Source of the DNA: Eledone cirrhosa
Taxonomy: Eukaryota
Length of the DNA: 64,000 nt
Direction of reading: 5' to 3'
Assembly: GCA_964016885.1 (NCBI GenBank)
Contig: OZ024740.1
Coordinates: forward strand, 311,860,001 to 311,924,000
The position numbers were made by a program, and so were the translations under genes. This document shows positions 54,176-64,000 of the stretch, in pieces. Within the stretch, counting starts at the first letter, position 1. The number at the start of each line of letters is the position of its first letter. The notes under the pieces were generated by a model that did no database searches, was not told where the DNA came from, and was given only the letters and a program-made list of their open reading frames with translations.

Positions 54176-55041
54176 ATTATATGTTTATCCCTCTGTCATT
54201 TTTACTGTCATTCTTAATGCGTTTTTCTTTACATTTTTAACATACTAAAATAAGGTTGAAGTGTATAGGTTATATACATTTCTCTCTCCCTCTCCCCCTC
54301 TCTCTCCTCCCCTTCTTTCTTCCCCTCTCCCACCCCTCTCTCTGTATGTGTGTATGTTTTGTGTGTTTTATGTGTGCGTGTTTTATTTCGTTTTACAGTG
54401 GCTTATTAAAATATGAGTAAAACTTTAGGAGGTAAAACAAAATTGTAAGAAATATAAACAATATGTTTGAAATTATAAATCCATGTAGAATTATTATGAT
54501 TATCATTCAACAAATTAGACAGCAACTTGATTATTTATTTCCTGGTTCATGTCGAATATCCTTCTGGTAACGGTTACAATTCAAACGTAGAATCCTATTT
54601 AATCTGTAGCTTTCGAAATTAGATAAATACGATTCTTGAATGGAATTTTAATTATCATTACAATGAATTTTAATCATTACTAGAATTTTTTTTCAACACG
54701 CTGACGCATGTGTATATGTCTATATGTCTGTGCATGTATGTATGTGCATATGTCTATATGTCTGTGCATGTGTGTATGTGCATATGCATACATTTATATG
54801 TATGAGTATATAAAATATAAACGTGCAGACACAGACACACTTACAAAAATACACACTCACAAACATTCACATAAACACACACATACATTCACACAAACAC
54901 ACACACACGCGCAGATACTCACACACAATGTAGCAAATGGAACGCCAGCCACTGTTTTACTATAGTTTTTTTACCACCCATTATCTTCTTTTTATACACA
55001 CGCACGCACACGCGCACGCACACACACGCACGCACACACAC

Positions 55042-55105
<64 letters not shown>

Positions 55106-56140
55106 ATTGTGTGACGGACGGAAGTCGCTCAAATTTATATATAGATTTCTCTGAAATAACTGATTATTTCAAAGAAGTAAAATGTATGAATCATATAAGT
55201 AAAATGAAAGGATCAATCCGAATATCAATTATCGTGTTAGTAATAACCTACTTTATTTAAAAGACTGTACCAAGTTCGGAGGCTCATCAGACTGCACCTC
55301 ATCTTGGTTTCATTGGCGTTAAGCGACTAACAGCGAAAGACTTCTCTCCTGGACATGATGTCACTCTATCGCAGGGTTAAACCTCATTTGATGCTGATAT
55401 ATTCATTTTCAGCTGAGTTGACTGGAGAAACATGAAATGAAGTGTTTTGCTCAACAATACAATGCAAACCAACCTCTAAAAACCTAAACGAGGAGTATCA
55501 TGAAATAAAGAGCCCCAAAAGGGGAGAAATGAGGCAAAATGGGGAGATTTTACATAATGAAAGCTATACCCATTTTCACAAGAGAAGACATCTCTCACTC
55601 ACCCTAAAGTGGGTGGGAGACACCCTAAAGTGGGTGGGAGATTCCCCGAAGGACGGGGAGAGTTGATAGGTCTGTTTATCGCTGGACAGCTAGATGGAGC
55701 ACGTTTTTTTTCCGCACGCTATGCTGCTTACCAGTATAGATAACCGTATTATCTTAGAATTACATGCCATAAATTGCTTCATTTGCGATCATCAGTGAAA
55801 GCTATACCCATTTTCACAAGAGAAGACATCTCTCATCCACCCCAAAGTGGGTGGGAGATCTCCCCGTCGGACGGGGAGAGTTGACAGGTCTGGCAATGTG
55901 CCGCCCAGTCGAGGAATCCAATCCATGGCATTACGATCATAAGTGTAACACCTTAACTATTAAACCACGTCTTCGCTACCTATTTTATGACGCACGAAAA
56001 AAACAAAAAACAAAGAAACAATATTAAATATTAAAGACTTTCAATACTTCACTCAATTTCTATTTTTAACTATTCGTCTTTAACATGTCACAATTTTTAA
56101 ATACGTTTTGCTTGATGTTTTTTATCAACTTGATTTTCAG

Positions 56141-56226
56141 TGTAGCTTTATCCTAAGCATTAATATATTGAGAGTACTTATCTCGAAATTACGAGCAACA
56201 AATACAGATCGTTATCACCAGATGAG
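56141..56226 (+). CDS. Class B1 GPCR, TM5-ICL3 exon
   Basis: ttttcag|TGT...ATG AG|gtatga, 86 nt. Encodes CSFILSINILRVLISKLRATNTDRYHQM(R) (NIxRVLxxKLR motif). Confidence 0.93.
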
Positions 56227-56299
56227 GTATGATATTTTTATCTCATATTCTTCATCTGTTTCTTTTTGTTGCTATTGTCGCCATCGTCACCGTCATCAC

Positions 56300-56667
56300 T
56301 GGTGTTGTTGCTGCTGCTGTTGTTGTTGCTGTTGTTTTTGGTGGTGGTGGTGGTGGTGGTGGTGGTGGTGGTGGTGGTGGTATGGTGATGGTGGTATGGT
56401 GATGGTGGTGGTGGTATGGTGGTGGTGGTGGTGGTGGTCGTATGGTGATTGTGGTGGTGGTGATGGTGGTATCGTGATGGTGGTGGTGGTTGTGACGGCG
56501 GTGGTGGTGGTGGTGGTATGGTATGGTAATGATGGTGGAGGTGGTGGTGGTGGTGGTGGTGGTGGTGATGGTAGTGGTGGTGGTGGTGGTATGGTGGTAT
56601 GGTGATGGTGGTGGGGTGGGGTGGTGATGGTGAAGGCGGTGGTATGTGGTGGTGACGGTGGTGGTGG

Positions 56668-56699
<32 letters not shown>

Positions 56700-56700
56700 A
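56300..56700. repeat. (GGT)n/(GAT)n trinucleotide field after the TM5-ICL3 exon
   Basis: Seen directly. Confidence 0.9.
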
Positions 56701-57202
56701 TGTTTAACCATAAGTCAGCCCTAAGAGAACAGCTTATAATCAAATCATTTATAATCAAATCCATCCTATCATTTCTTCAGGATTACATTATCCAGCGCGT
56801 CCTTTGAGATACATTTGACTAGAATTTCTAGTAGGTGGAACGACCATGTAACATTTTCATCATCATATCGCCATTGTCATTGTTGTTGTTGTGGTTGTTT
56901 TTGTTGTTTCTGCTGTCTTCGTCTTTGTTGTTATAAAGTTGGGGTAGTTATTTCTATTTCCTTGTAATTATTCAAGAAATGTGTATAGTGAATGTGCAGT
57001 ATTATTCTTATTGGCATTTAAAACATTGTGTTATACTTGAAGTTGTTCAATAATTAATTGTCCAAATATACTTAACTGAAACGTGAGATTTAAGCAACAT
57101 ATTGACAAGAAAGAATCGGCCAGACAATTTTCCCTCCTTCATGCCAATATACATAAAGATCGATTGAACCTCAACTACATCCACCTCTTTCTGCACGCGC
57201 GT

Positions 57203-57275
<73 letters not shown>

Positions 57276-57422
57276 TTATTTCCCCTTTGAAACAGATCTT
57301 TCAACGTCTACCTCTAACCCATCTCTCTAGTCCAACGTACACGTTATTCTTAAATATCTTCTAAAAAGTTAGCATCTCTACACTTTTCATCACATTTTTC
57401 TCACCTGGATATTTACAATAAT

Positions 57423-57640
57423 AATTTCTACTATAGGCACAAGGCCAGCAATTTTGTGGGAGGGGAAAGTCGATTAACTTGACCTCAGTGCATTACTGGT
57501 GCTTTATTTTATCAACCCCGTAAGGATGAAAGGCAAAGCTAACCTTGGCGGGATTTGAACACAGAGCGTAAATGGCCGTAACTCTATGCCGCGAAGCATG
57601 TTGTCCAACGCTCTACTGATACTGTCAATCCACCACCCTG
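57423..57640 (-). mobile_element. Full-length tRNA-derived SINE fused to a U2 fragment
   Basis: Matches the SINE consensus. Its head abuts the U2 piece at 57641. Confidence 0.88.
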
Positions 57641-57702
57641 TCAGATATTAAGCTGATAAGAACAGATACTACACTTTGATCTTAGCCAAAAGGCCGGGAA
57701 GC
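57641..57702 (-). pseudogene. U2: U2 snRNA 5' fragment (about 62 nt retrocopy)
   Basis: The reverse complement reads GCTTCCCGGCCTTTTGGCTAAGATCAAAGTGTAGTATCTGTTCTTATCAGCTTAATATCTGA, which is the U2 5' end including the GTAGTA branch-point recognition sequence. It is truncated before the Sm site. Confidence 0.93.
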
Positions 57703-58499
57703 CTTTTACAACAATGAGTAATAGTTATTCTTTTTATTCCATTTCTTTAAATTAAATTTGTGAATTAACGAGGAAACCCTTATGTGGTCGATAGACTTTC
57801 TCGAAATAGTAGCCACGTCTCCCTTAAATTACAACCTACTAGCTTGAAAAATGAAGGTCACATTGGGTGATGTGATCCTTACAATGCCTGAAAAAAAGAC
57901 AGCATCGCTTTGACTGGTACACCTTTAGTTATTGGGTTCTCAGTCGAGATTGACCTGAAGTTAAACAACAACAATTACTACTCTACCCCATTCAACCACC
58001 TACAACTATTCAACTACCGTATAATTATCGTAGAAAGTTCAAATTCATTTTTTTTTTCCAATTTTATTATAAAGAATAATTTGTGTTGAAAAAACGTATA
58101 TTTGAGAAGAGGCTAAAAGAGATGGTAGGGAAATATTACTGGTACTTATTTTGTCGACCTCGTTGGTATTTCAGCTTGTAACTAAAATGAATATTAAATA
58201 ATTTAATAGGCTAAATTCAACGTTGTCTTGCCCTGCCCATCTACGCTACATTTGTCTGTTTGATTCTTGCTTCAACAAAGATATTTAGGATGACCTTTGC
58301 TTGGTCTCCGAGAATGGTGGGCGAAGTGAAAAGGATGACTTGCGAATTGCTGCAGCTAGAAAGCAACGTATCTAGATATCAAGTTATCCTTAAACGAGAA
58401 ACTTGATCTCAATGCTTGCAACCTAGTAGATTCTACAAAAGGCTCTCAAGAGCCAGGTGGTAGCATTAAATCGATTTAGATCTACCACCCAAAACAGGT

Positions 58500-58730
58500 A
58501 CAGTTCATTGAGCTACTGCCCAATATCGATCGCTCTCTTCCTGTAGCAGTGGAAACTTCCGGCGTTTTGGGCCCCCGGGCCACATGCTTACTCACTGCTG
58601 TCGGAGCGGAGTTGGCTGCTCACAGGTGCGAGCCCTGCAAGGTGGAGTGGCTGCTCAATGTGTCTCCCACGCCATCCTCCGAGGCAATGTATTCTCCATC
58701 CTGTCGGCCGGGACCCAGAGGTGGGGGGTA
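58500..58730 (+). mobile_element. Degenerate CRE-like non-LTR 3' fragment (RLE domain end)
   Basis: PVAVETSGVLGPRATCLL...EWLL / QCVSHAILRGNVFSIL across a frameshift. Confidence 0.6.
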
Positions 58731-59485
58731 AGTTTACCTGGGGGTGAAGGATACTTGTTCAGACATCCTTTTCTCTCTATTTCTTTAAAATTCTCTTCAA
58801 AGATCACCATGTTGATGTTATTGCATCACTATTTGTCGATCTTTAACTAAATCTCTAATTTTTATAAAAACAACTCTAAGTCTAAAGGATAAATACATTA
58901 AACACCAAATCTAAGTATAAACCTAAAGTCCTACTCTAAACTTAAACCAAAACTGTGAAAACTAAAGTTCAGTGATGAGATCAGAAGAAAACAGAAACAT
59001 GTTTGGAATTGTCTCCCATAATTACCAGAAAAATAGATAATAATATTGAAATGAATTTCTTCACCGGGAAAATCGTTTAAGTCGAAACATAAAATGAAAT
59101 GTTCCAAGGTATATGTAAGGGTGTCTTCTTACCATCTACATATGTTTTTCACTCTATCCCACTAGTCTGTGTCCTTTGATAGCTATTCAACCCTAATTGT
59201 CTTCGTTGTTATAGTTGCTGCTTAACGGCGGCTCTATCAGAATCAGGCAGATCTATGATCAAAGATATTTCATTTACGATTAATAGGATACTTAAGACTG
59301 TATTATTCAATGCATCTCTCTTTTTATTAAGTATGATTTAATGGAGATTCAGTTATAATTTCAAGTATATAAAAGCAACTGTGTAAAGGATCTCTCATTA
59401 CCGCTGTCTCCACTGTTTTACACTAAGGCGTGTAAGCTGTTTCTTTTCTGTGAATCAAAACTAACGAAAGCTTATTTCTCTCTAG

Positions 59486-59621
59486 GCGTAGTATACGTGC
59501 CATCTTATTCTTAATACCACTCCTTGGATTACATTTTTTGATCATGCCCTTACGATCATCAAAAGGCTCTCAAATGGAATACATTTACAGTATATTTTCA
59601 GCCGTTGTCATCTCCTTCCAG
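59486..59621 (+). CDS. Class B1 GPCR, TM6-ECL3-TM7 exon
   Basis: ctctag|G CGT...TTC CAG|gtaagt, 136 nt. Encodes RSIRAILFLIPLLGLHFLIMPLRSSKGSQMEYIYSIFSAVVISFQ (PLLG and SFQ motifs). Confidence 0.95.
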
Positions 59622-62244
59622 GTAAGTACTGTGTATATTACAATACATGACACTAATGTTGGCTTCTTTGAAACGAAACCAATTTCTTTCTTTTTTTTTT
59701 CACTTTTTTTATTGTATGAGAGGTGTATACTCCATCTCGGTATATTACGGATAGAGATGTATATACGTATGTATGGTCTCGTAACTCCTGATAGAGTCAT
59801 AGGGGCGCCATATTGACATATGGCGTTTCTTGGGCATTTTAAGCCTGGCAGAGCCCACCCCTCTCCAGGATTGAGTACAGCAGATTTCTTCCAGAGAAAG
59901 ATAGAAAGTGAGAGAGAGAAAATGAAAAAGAGATATAGAGGAAGAATCTACCCCAGTACTAGGCCGGTACTTTTTTTATCGACCTCGAAAGGATGAAAGG
60001 CAAAGTTGACCTCGGTGGGATTTGAACTCAGGGAGCAGAGAGCCGGAATGAATATCATAAAGTATTCTATCCGACGTTCTAACGACCCTGCCAATTCGCC
60101 GCCACGGATAGATAGAGATAGAGATACATTTGGCCAATTATATAAGATGCCGGACTATCACTTAAATACGTTGTTCCTGTTTTGTTACCAGCTCTGCATT
60201 ATATCTAAAGCAAATCAATTTACTTTTCAAAGGCTATATTCCATATTGCTGGATATAAGTACAACTAGTGTAAGCAGCAGCAGCATTGCAAAGGTTACAA
60301 ATGTTTTGCAATGAAAAATAGATTTACACAGAGCACAACGTTATCCTATCACCTAATTCATATGTATACGTTATCGGACTGCTTTGTTCATAAAATTGGC
60401 ACTGAAAATAAATGGATTGGCGGCAATATTGCCAAATAAAGAACATCAAATATTAGCATCGACACTGGAGGATGAAAGACAGAGTTGACTTCAACGACAT
60501 TTAAACACAGAAAATAACAATTTCTAACTGTAGGTACAAGGCCAGTAGTTTGTGGGGAGGGAAGTCAATTATATTGACCACAGTACTTTACAGGGTTTTT
60601 ATTTTATCGATCTCAGAAGGCTGAAAGGCAAAACTGACATCGGTGGTAAATGATTTCTAGCTTAGGCACAAGGCCACAAATTTGGGGCGAGACTAATCTA
60701 TTAAATCGACCCATTGCTTGACTGGTTAAAAGATTCTGGGAAATGATAAGGGAAGCTAGGAGATAATAAGTGATATGAACATGTTTGTGGTTAGGAATGA
60801 TCTATATGTTGTATTTGTTTTTGTAACCTATTTTAAATTGATTTTGATATATAGCTACAAAAATGATTGCAGTGAGTGATATAATTTTCTCAATGACATC
60901 TGCAGCATTAAGTGGGATAAAATAGTTGTCACCTATTATCGAAGCCTGGTTAAAAATGATCCAACGAAGGAACATCTAAGCTGACCCTCGATCTGTTTGA
61001 AGTAACAACCAATCCATCTCCATCTGTCTTTAAATGGCAGGATACTAGTTTTTAGTTCTTTAGTTTGCTTTAGTTACCACTGTCAATACCTTACTGTAGC
61101 ACCGACGGTTGCCCCATTAACATTATGCCTGAAAAGGATGGTATGGTCATGATGGGAACATCATCTGTCCAGACTTGCCAACCTCTAAAAACCCAAACAA
61201 GGAGTAACATGAAAAAAAGTGCTCCAAAATGGGGAGAAATTGGGCAAAATGAAACCTATACCAATTTTCACAAGAGAAGACATCTCTCACCCACCCCAAA
61301 GTGGGTGGGAGACCTCCCCGACCGACGGGGAAAGTTGACATGTCTGTTTATCGTTGGACAGCTAGCCGGAGCACACTTGAACCGGTATTTTTTCCGTACG
61401 CTATGTTGTTTGCCAACGTAGATAACTACGTTATCCTAGAATTACATGCCATAAATTGCTTCATTTGCGATCATCAGCGAAATGAAAGAACTTTGTTGAA
61501 AAGTCTGTATGAAAAGCGAAAACATTAAAATATATTCTGCCTGAAACCCGACTTAAGATGTTTAATTTGACTTTGATGTTTCACATAAGGAGAGAAATAA
61601 TTACATGGTTGATACATGTCAGAATTAATGGTATATAAACACGAATCTGAGCAAAGAAACACTAACTCTTTTATTTACACAACAGCAATCAATTAGAGTT
61701 CGTATGCGTATGCTGCACGGGAAGCAAGATAATAATCATATCAACCAGTTAAGTCGTCTTGTGTGTGTGTGTATGTGAGTTATGTGTGTGGGTGTTGTTA
61801 CACTATAAACTAAAGTAGGGGTGATACTGAATCAATAACAGCTAGTTAATCAAAGAGCAATCGTAACGATTATTTTAATGATTTGGAAGCATGTTTTCTG
61901 AGTATGTTAAAAATTCATTATTGTAGATTAGCAGTGTCGGTAGAGCGTCGGACACCCTGCTTCGTGGCATAAAGTTACGGACCTTTACGTTATGAGCTCA
62001 AATCCCGCCGAAGTTAGCTTTGCTTTTCATCCTTACGGGTTCGATAAAATAAAGTACTAGTAATGCACTGGGGTTGATTTAATCGACTTTCTCCTCCCTT
62101 AAAATTGTTGGCCTTGTGCCTAAATTCAGAAACGATTATTTTACACCATACACCGCTTTAAAACTATACCTCTCATTTTTAAATAATCAAATCAAACATT
62201 TAACAAAACATCGTACCAGCATGTTTTTGTAAACCTTTGAATTA

Positions 62245-63300
62245 TTATTTGGAGGGAAAGCAGTAGGTGTAAGGGTTAGTGTGGAACCTGAGGTTGACAC
62301 AGTATGGGTGATGAGAGGAAAATACACCAGTAGGTCTGGAGTGTCCGAGTTGAAGTGGCTTGTGACCAGCCAGCTCCAAGGAGTAATAGATAAAGTAGTA
62401 TGAGGTCACAATACGTTTGTGGGACAGACTAAAATATGTTCCCAAGAGTGAAGGCCCACCGGTGAGTGACACCGGAGAGTAGAGATCTAGTGGTCATTGG
62501 AGCAGAAAGGGGGTTCAAAGTTATTCTTAATGGATATCTCCATCGTTTTTGAGATGTTGAAAGTGACAAAGATTGGTTGATAGTTGGCGACATAAGACCA
62601 GCTTTCCTTCTTGGGAGCGTGACACACACTAGTGTATTTCCAAAGATTGAGATAGAAAGAGAGGGGGAGAGTGAAATGTTTGGTACGGATTGAGAGTTTG
62701 TATTGAGATGCATTGTTTGAGGGTAATTGAGGGTGAATATTAAGACCGGTGGCTTTATTGGTTTAAAGTAATCAGGAGCACCTTTGCACTTAACATATAT
62801 GTGTTCGTGGTGGTGATCTTAGTGCGTAGAGGGACAGTTCAGGAGGGGGATTACTTGTGCGCAGTGTGAAGCTAGATGTAAAGTGGGAAGCAAATGTAAA
62901 GGCTTTCTGTAAAGGAGCATTGCTTGCAGAGTCGTTATGGTTGAGAAGAGGAAGGAAGATTTTGTAAAATTGGTTGAGTTCCTTTTGACAAAGGACCAAA
63001 AGGCTAGGCTGGGCTGGTCTAGGCTAGGCTGCAGTTTGTGAGGTAGGTGTGCCTGTAGGCTGTGTGAGGAACGGAGGCATTCTTGCTTTTAGGAGATTGA
63101 TCTTGTAGGAGTTGCAGTGTTGGTTGAAAGCCATCCGTTTTGTAGAGGTGGACGATTTTATCCAAGCGTTCTAAGTCGCATTCTTTGCCTGAATTGCTGC
63201 AGTACAGCAAGAAATGGATCACGTAGGAGATTCGTAAGTTTTCGTTGGGCTTGGAATATGAAGAGTTATACCTAACTAGATGGTTTCAGTTGCCTGTCTT
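62245..63300 (-). mobile_element. Highly degenerate CR1/Jockey-group LINE ORF2 fragment
   Basis: Fragments FWSFVK, QKAFTFASHF, NKATG, LKQC, PKK..ANYQPI across many frameshifts. Confidence 0.6.
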
Positions 63301-63495
63301 ACTGTCTCTGTTGGATTGGGATTGAAGTACATGTCTTTCTAAGAGGAGTTAGCACAGAACTGGCGGAGCTCCGATCAGTCAGATAATTTGAAGTGTCACA
63401 GAGTCAAGAAGTTGAGTGCATTGTATATGAATGTGTGATAGGTAACAGAATATAAACAAATGTGCTAATAAATATGTCTTTCTTTTTTTCAATAG

Positions 63496-63537
63496 GGTTT
63501 GTTTGTGGCTGTCTTGTTCTGTTTTGTCAACGAAGAG
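63496..63537 (+). CDS. Class B1 GPCR, 42-nt TM7 exon
   Basis: caatag|GGT...GAG|gtaagt. Encodes GLFVAVLFCFVNEE, the canonical short TM7 exon of secretin-family receptors. Confidence 0.95.
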
Positions 63538-63826
63538 GTAAGTATATAATTATCGTCCATTGAAATTTTATTGTTCTTTTAAATAAAATCATTTGATGTT
63601 TTAAAAATGTTTTATCAGATTATAAAGTGCCAGAGAAAGCCATGGGTTGAGGACCTTACTCCAGACCAAATCATTTAAAACGTATTCCGATTTTTATTAT
63701 GTCAAACTATTACAATCAATAAATTCTAAGTAATATATCTACTGAATACATTGTTTTCTCAGAAAGTTATAATCTTATTTATTTACAAAATGATTTACTA
63801 ATTCTCAACGTGTCCTTTATTTTCAG

Positions 63827-63961
63827 GTAATATCAGCAGTTAGACGAAAACACAATCAATATCTGCTACATAGTGGCCAACTAGATGTTAGACAGTCAAA
63901 TGTATCTTCAGCTATGGAGAGTACAGCTTTATCACACAAGAAGCCTCTTTGCAACGTCGAA
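63827..63961 (+). CDS. Class B1 GPCR, helix 8 / C-tail exon
   Basis: ttttcag|GTA ATA TCA. Encodes VISAVRRKHNQYLLHSGQLDVRQSNVSSAMESTALSHKKPLCNVE, followed by gtaagt (probable donor). Read-through would stop about 10 codons later, so the 3' boundary is uncertain. Confidence 0.8.
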
Positions 63962-64000
63962 GTAAGTTATGATGTCGTTGTTGTATTTTAATCTCTAAAC

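Overview
Eukaryotic, AT-rich DNA dense in microsatellites and transposons. The repeat landscape looks like a coleoid cephalopod, probably Octopus (inference). The whole window lies inside one + strand gene: a class B1 (secretin-family, calcitonin/DH31-receptor-like) GPCR. I assembled its complete 7TM region by hand from nine AG/GT-bounded exons with matching phases (636-730, 11909-12035, 21039-21192, 22453-22516, 52297-52360, 56141-56226, 59486-59621, 63496-63537, 63827-63961; 903 nt, 301 codons, no stops). The extracellular-domain exons are not in the window. The introns (one is about 29.8 kb) hold three different Penelope-like retroelements, two RTE-type LINEs, Tx1/L1-like, CR1-like, R4/Dong-like and CRE-like LINE pieces, a full-length but decayed Buster-type hAT transposon, several MITEs, more than 20 copies of a tRNA-derived SINE, an 18-bp minisatellite and many microsatellites. 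Most ORFs in the supplied track are microsatellite artefacts. The most notable observations are substitutions at conserved activation-switch residues of the receptor, a U2 snRNA-SINE chimeric insertion, a LINE with an inverted copy of its own 3' end at its 5' junction, a type I hammerhead ribozyme with a long stem II, a strict ATTAT target bias of the SINE, and several fold-back or templated-insertion scars. I could not establish a wholly new biological system from sequence alone.
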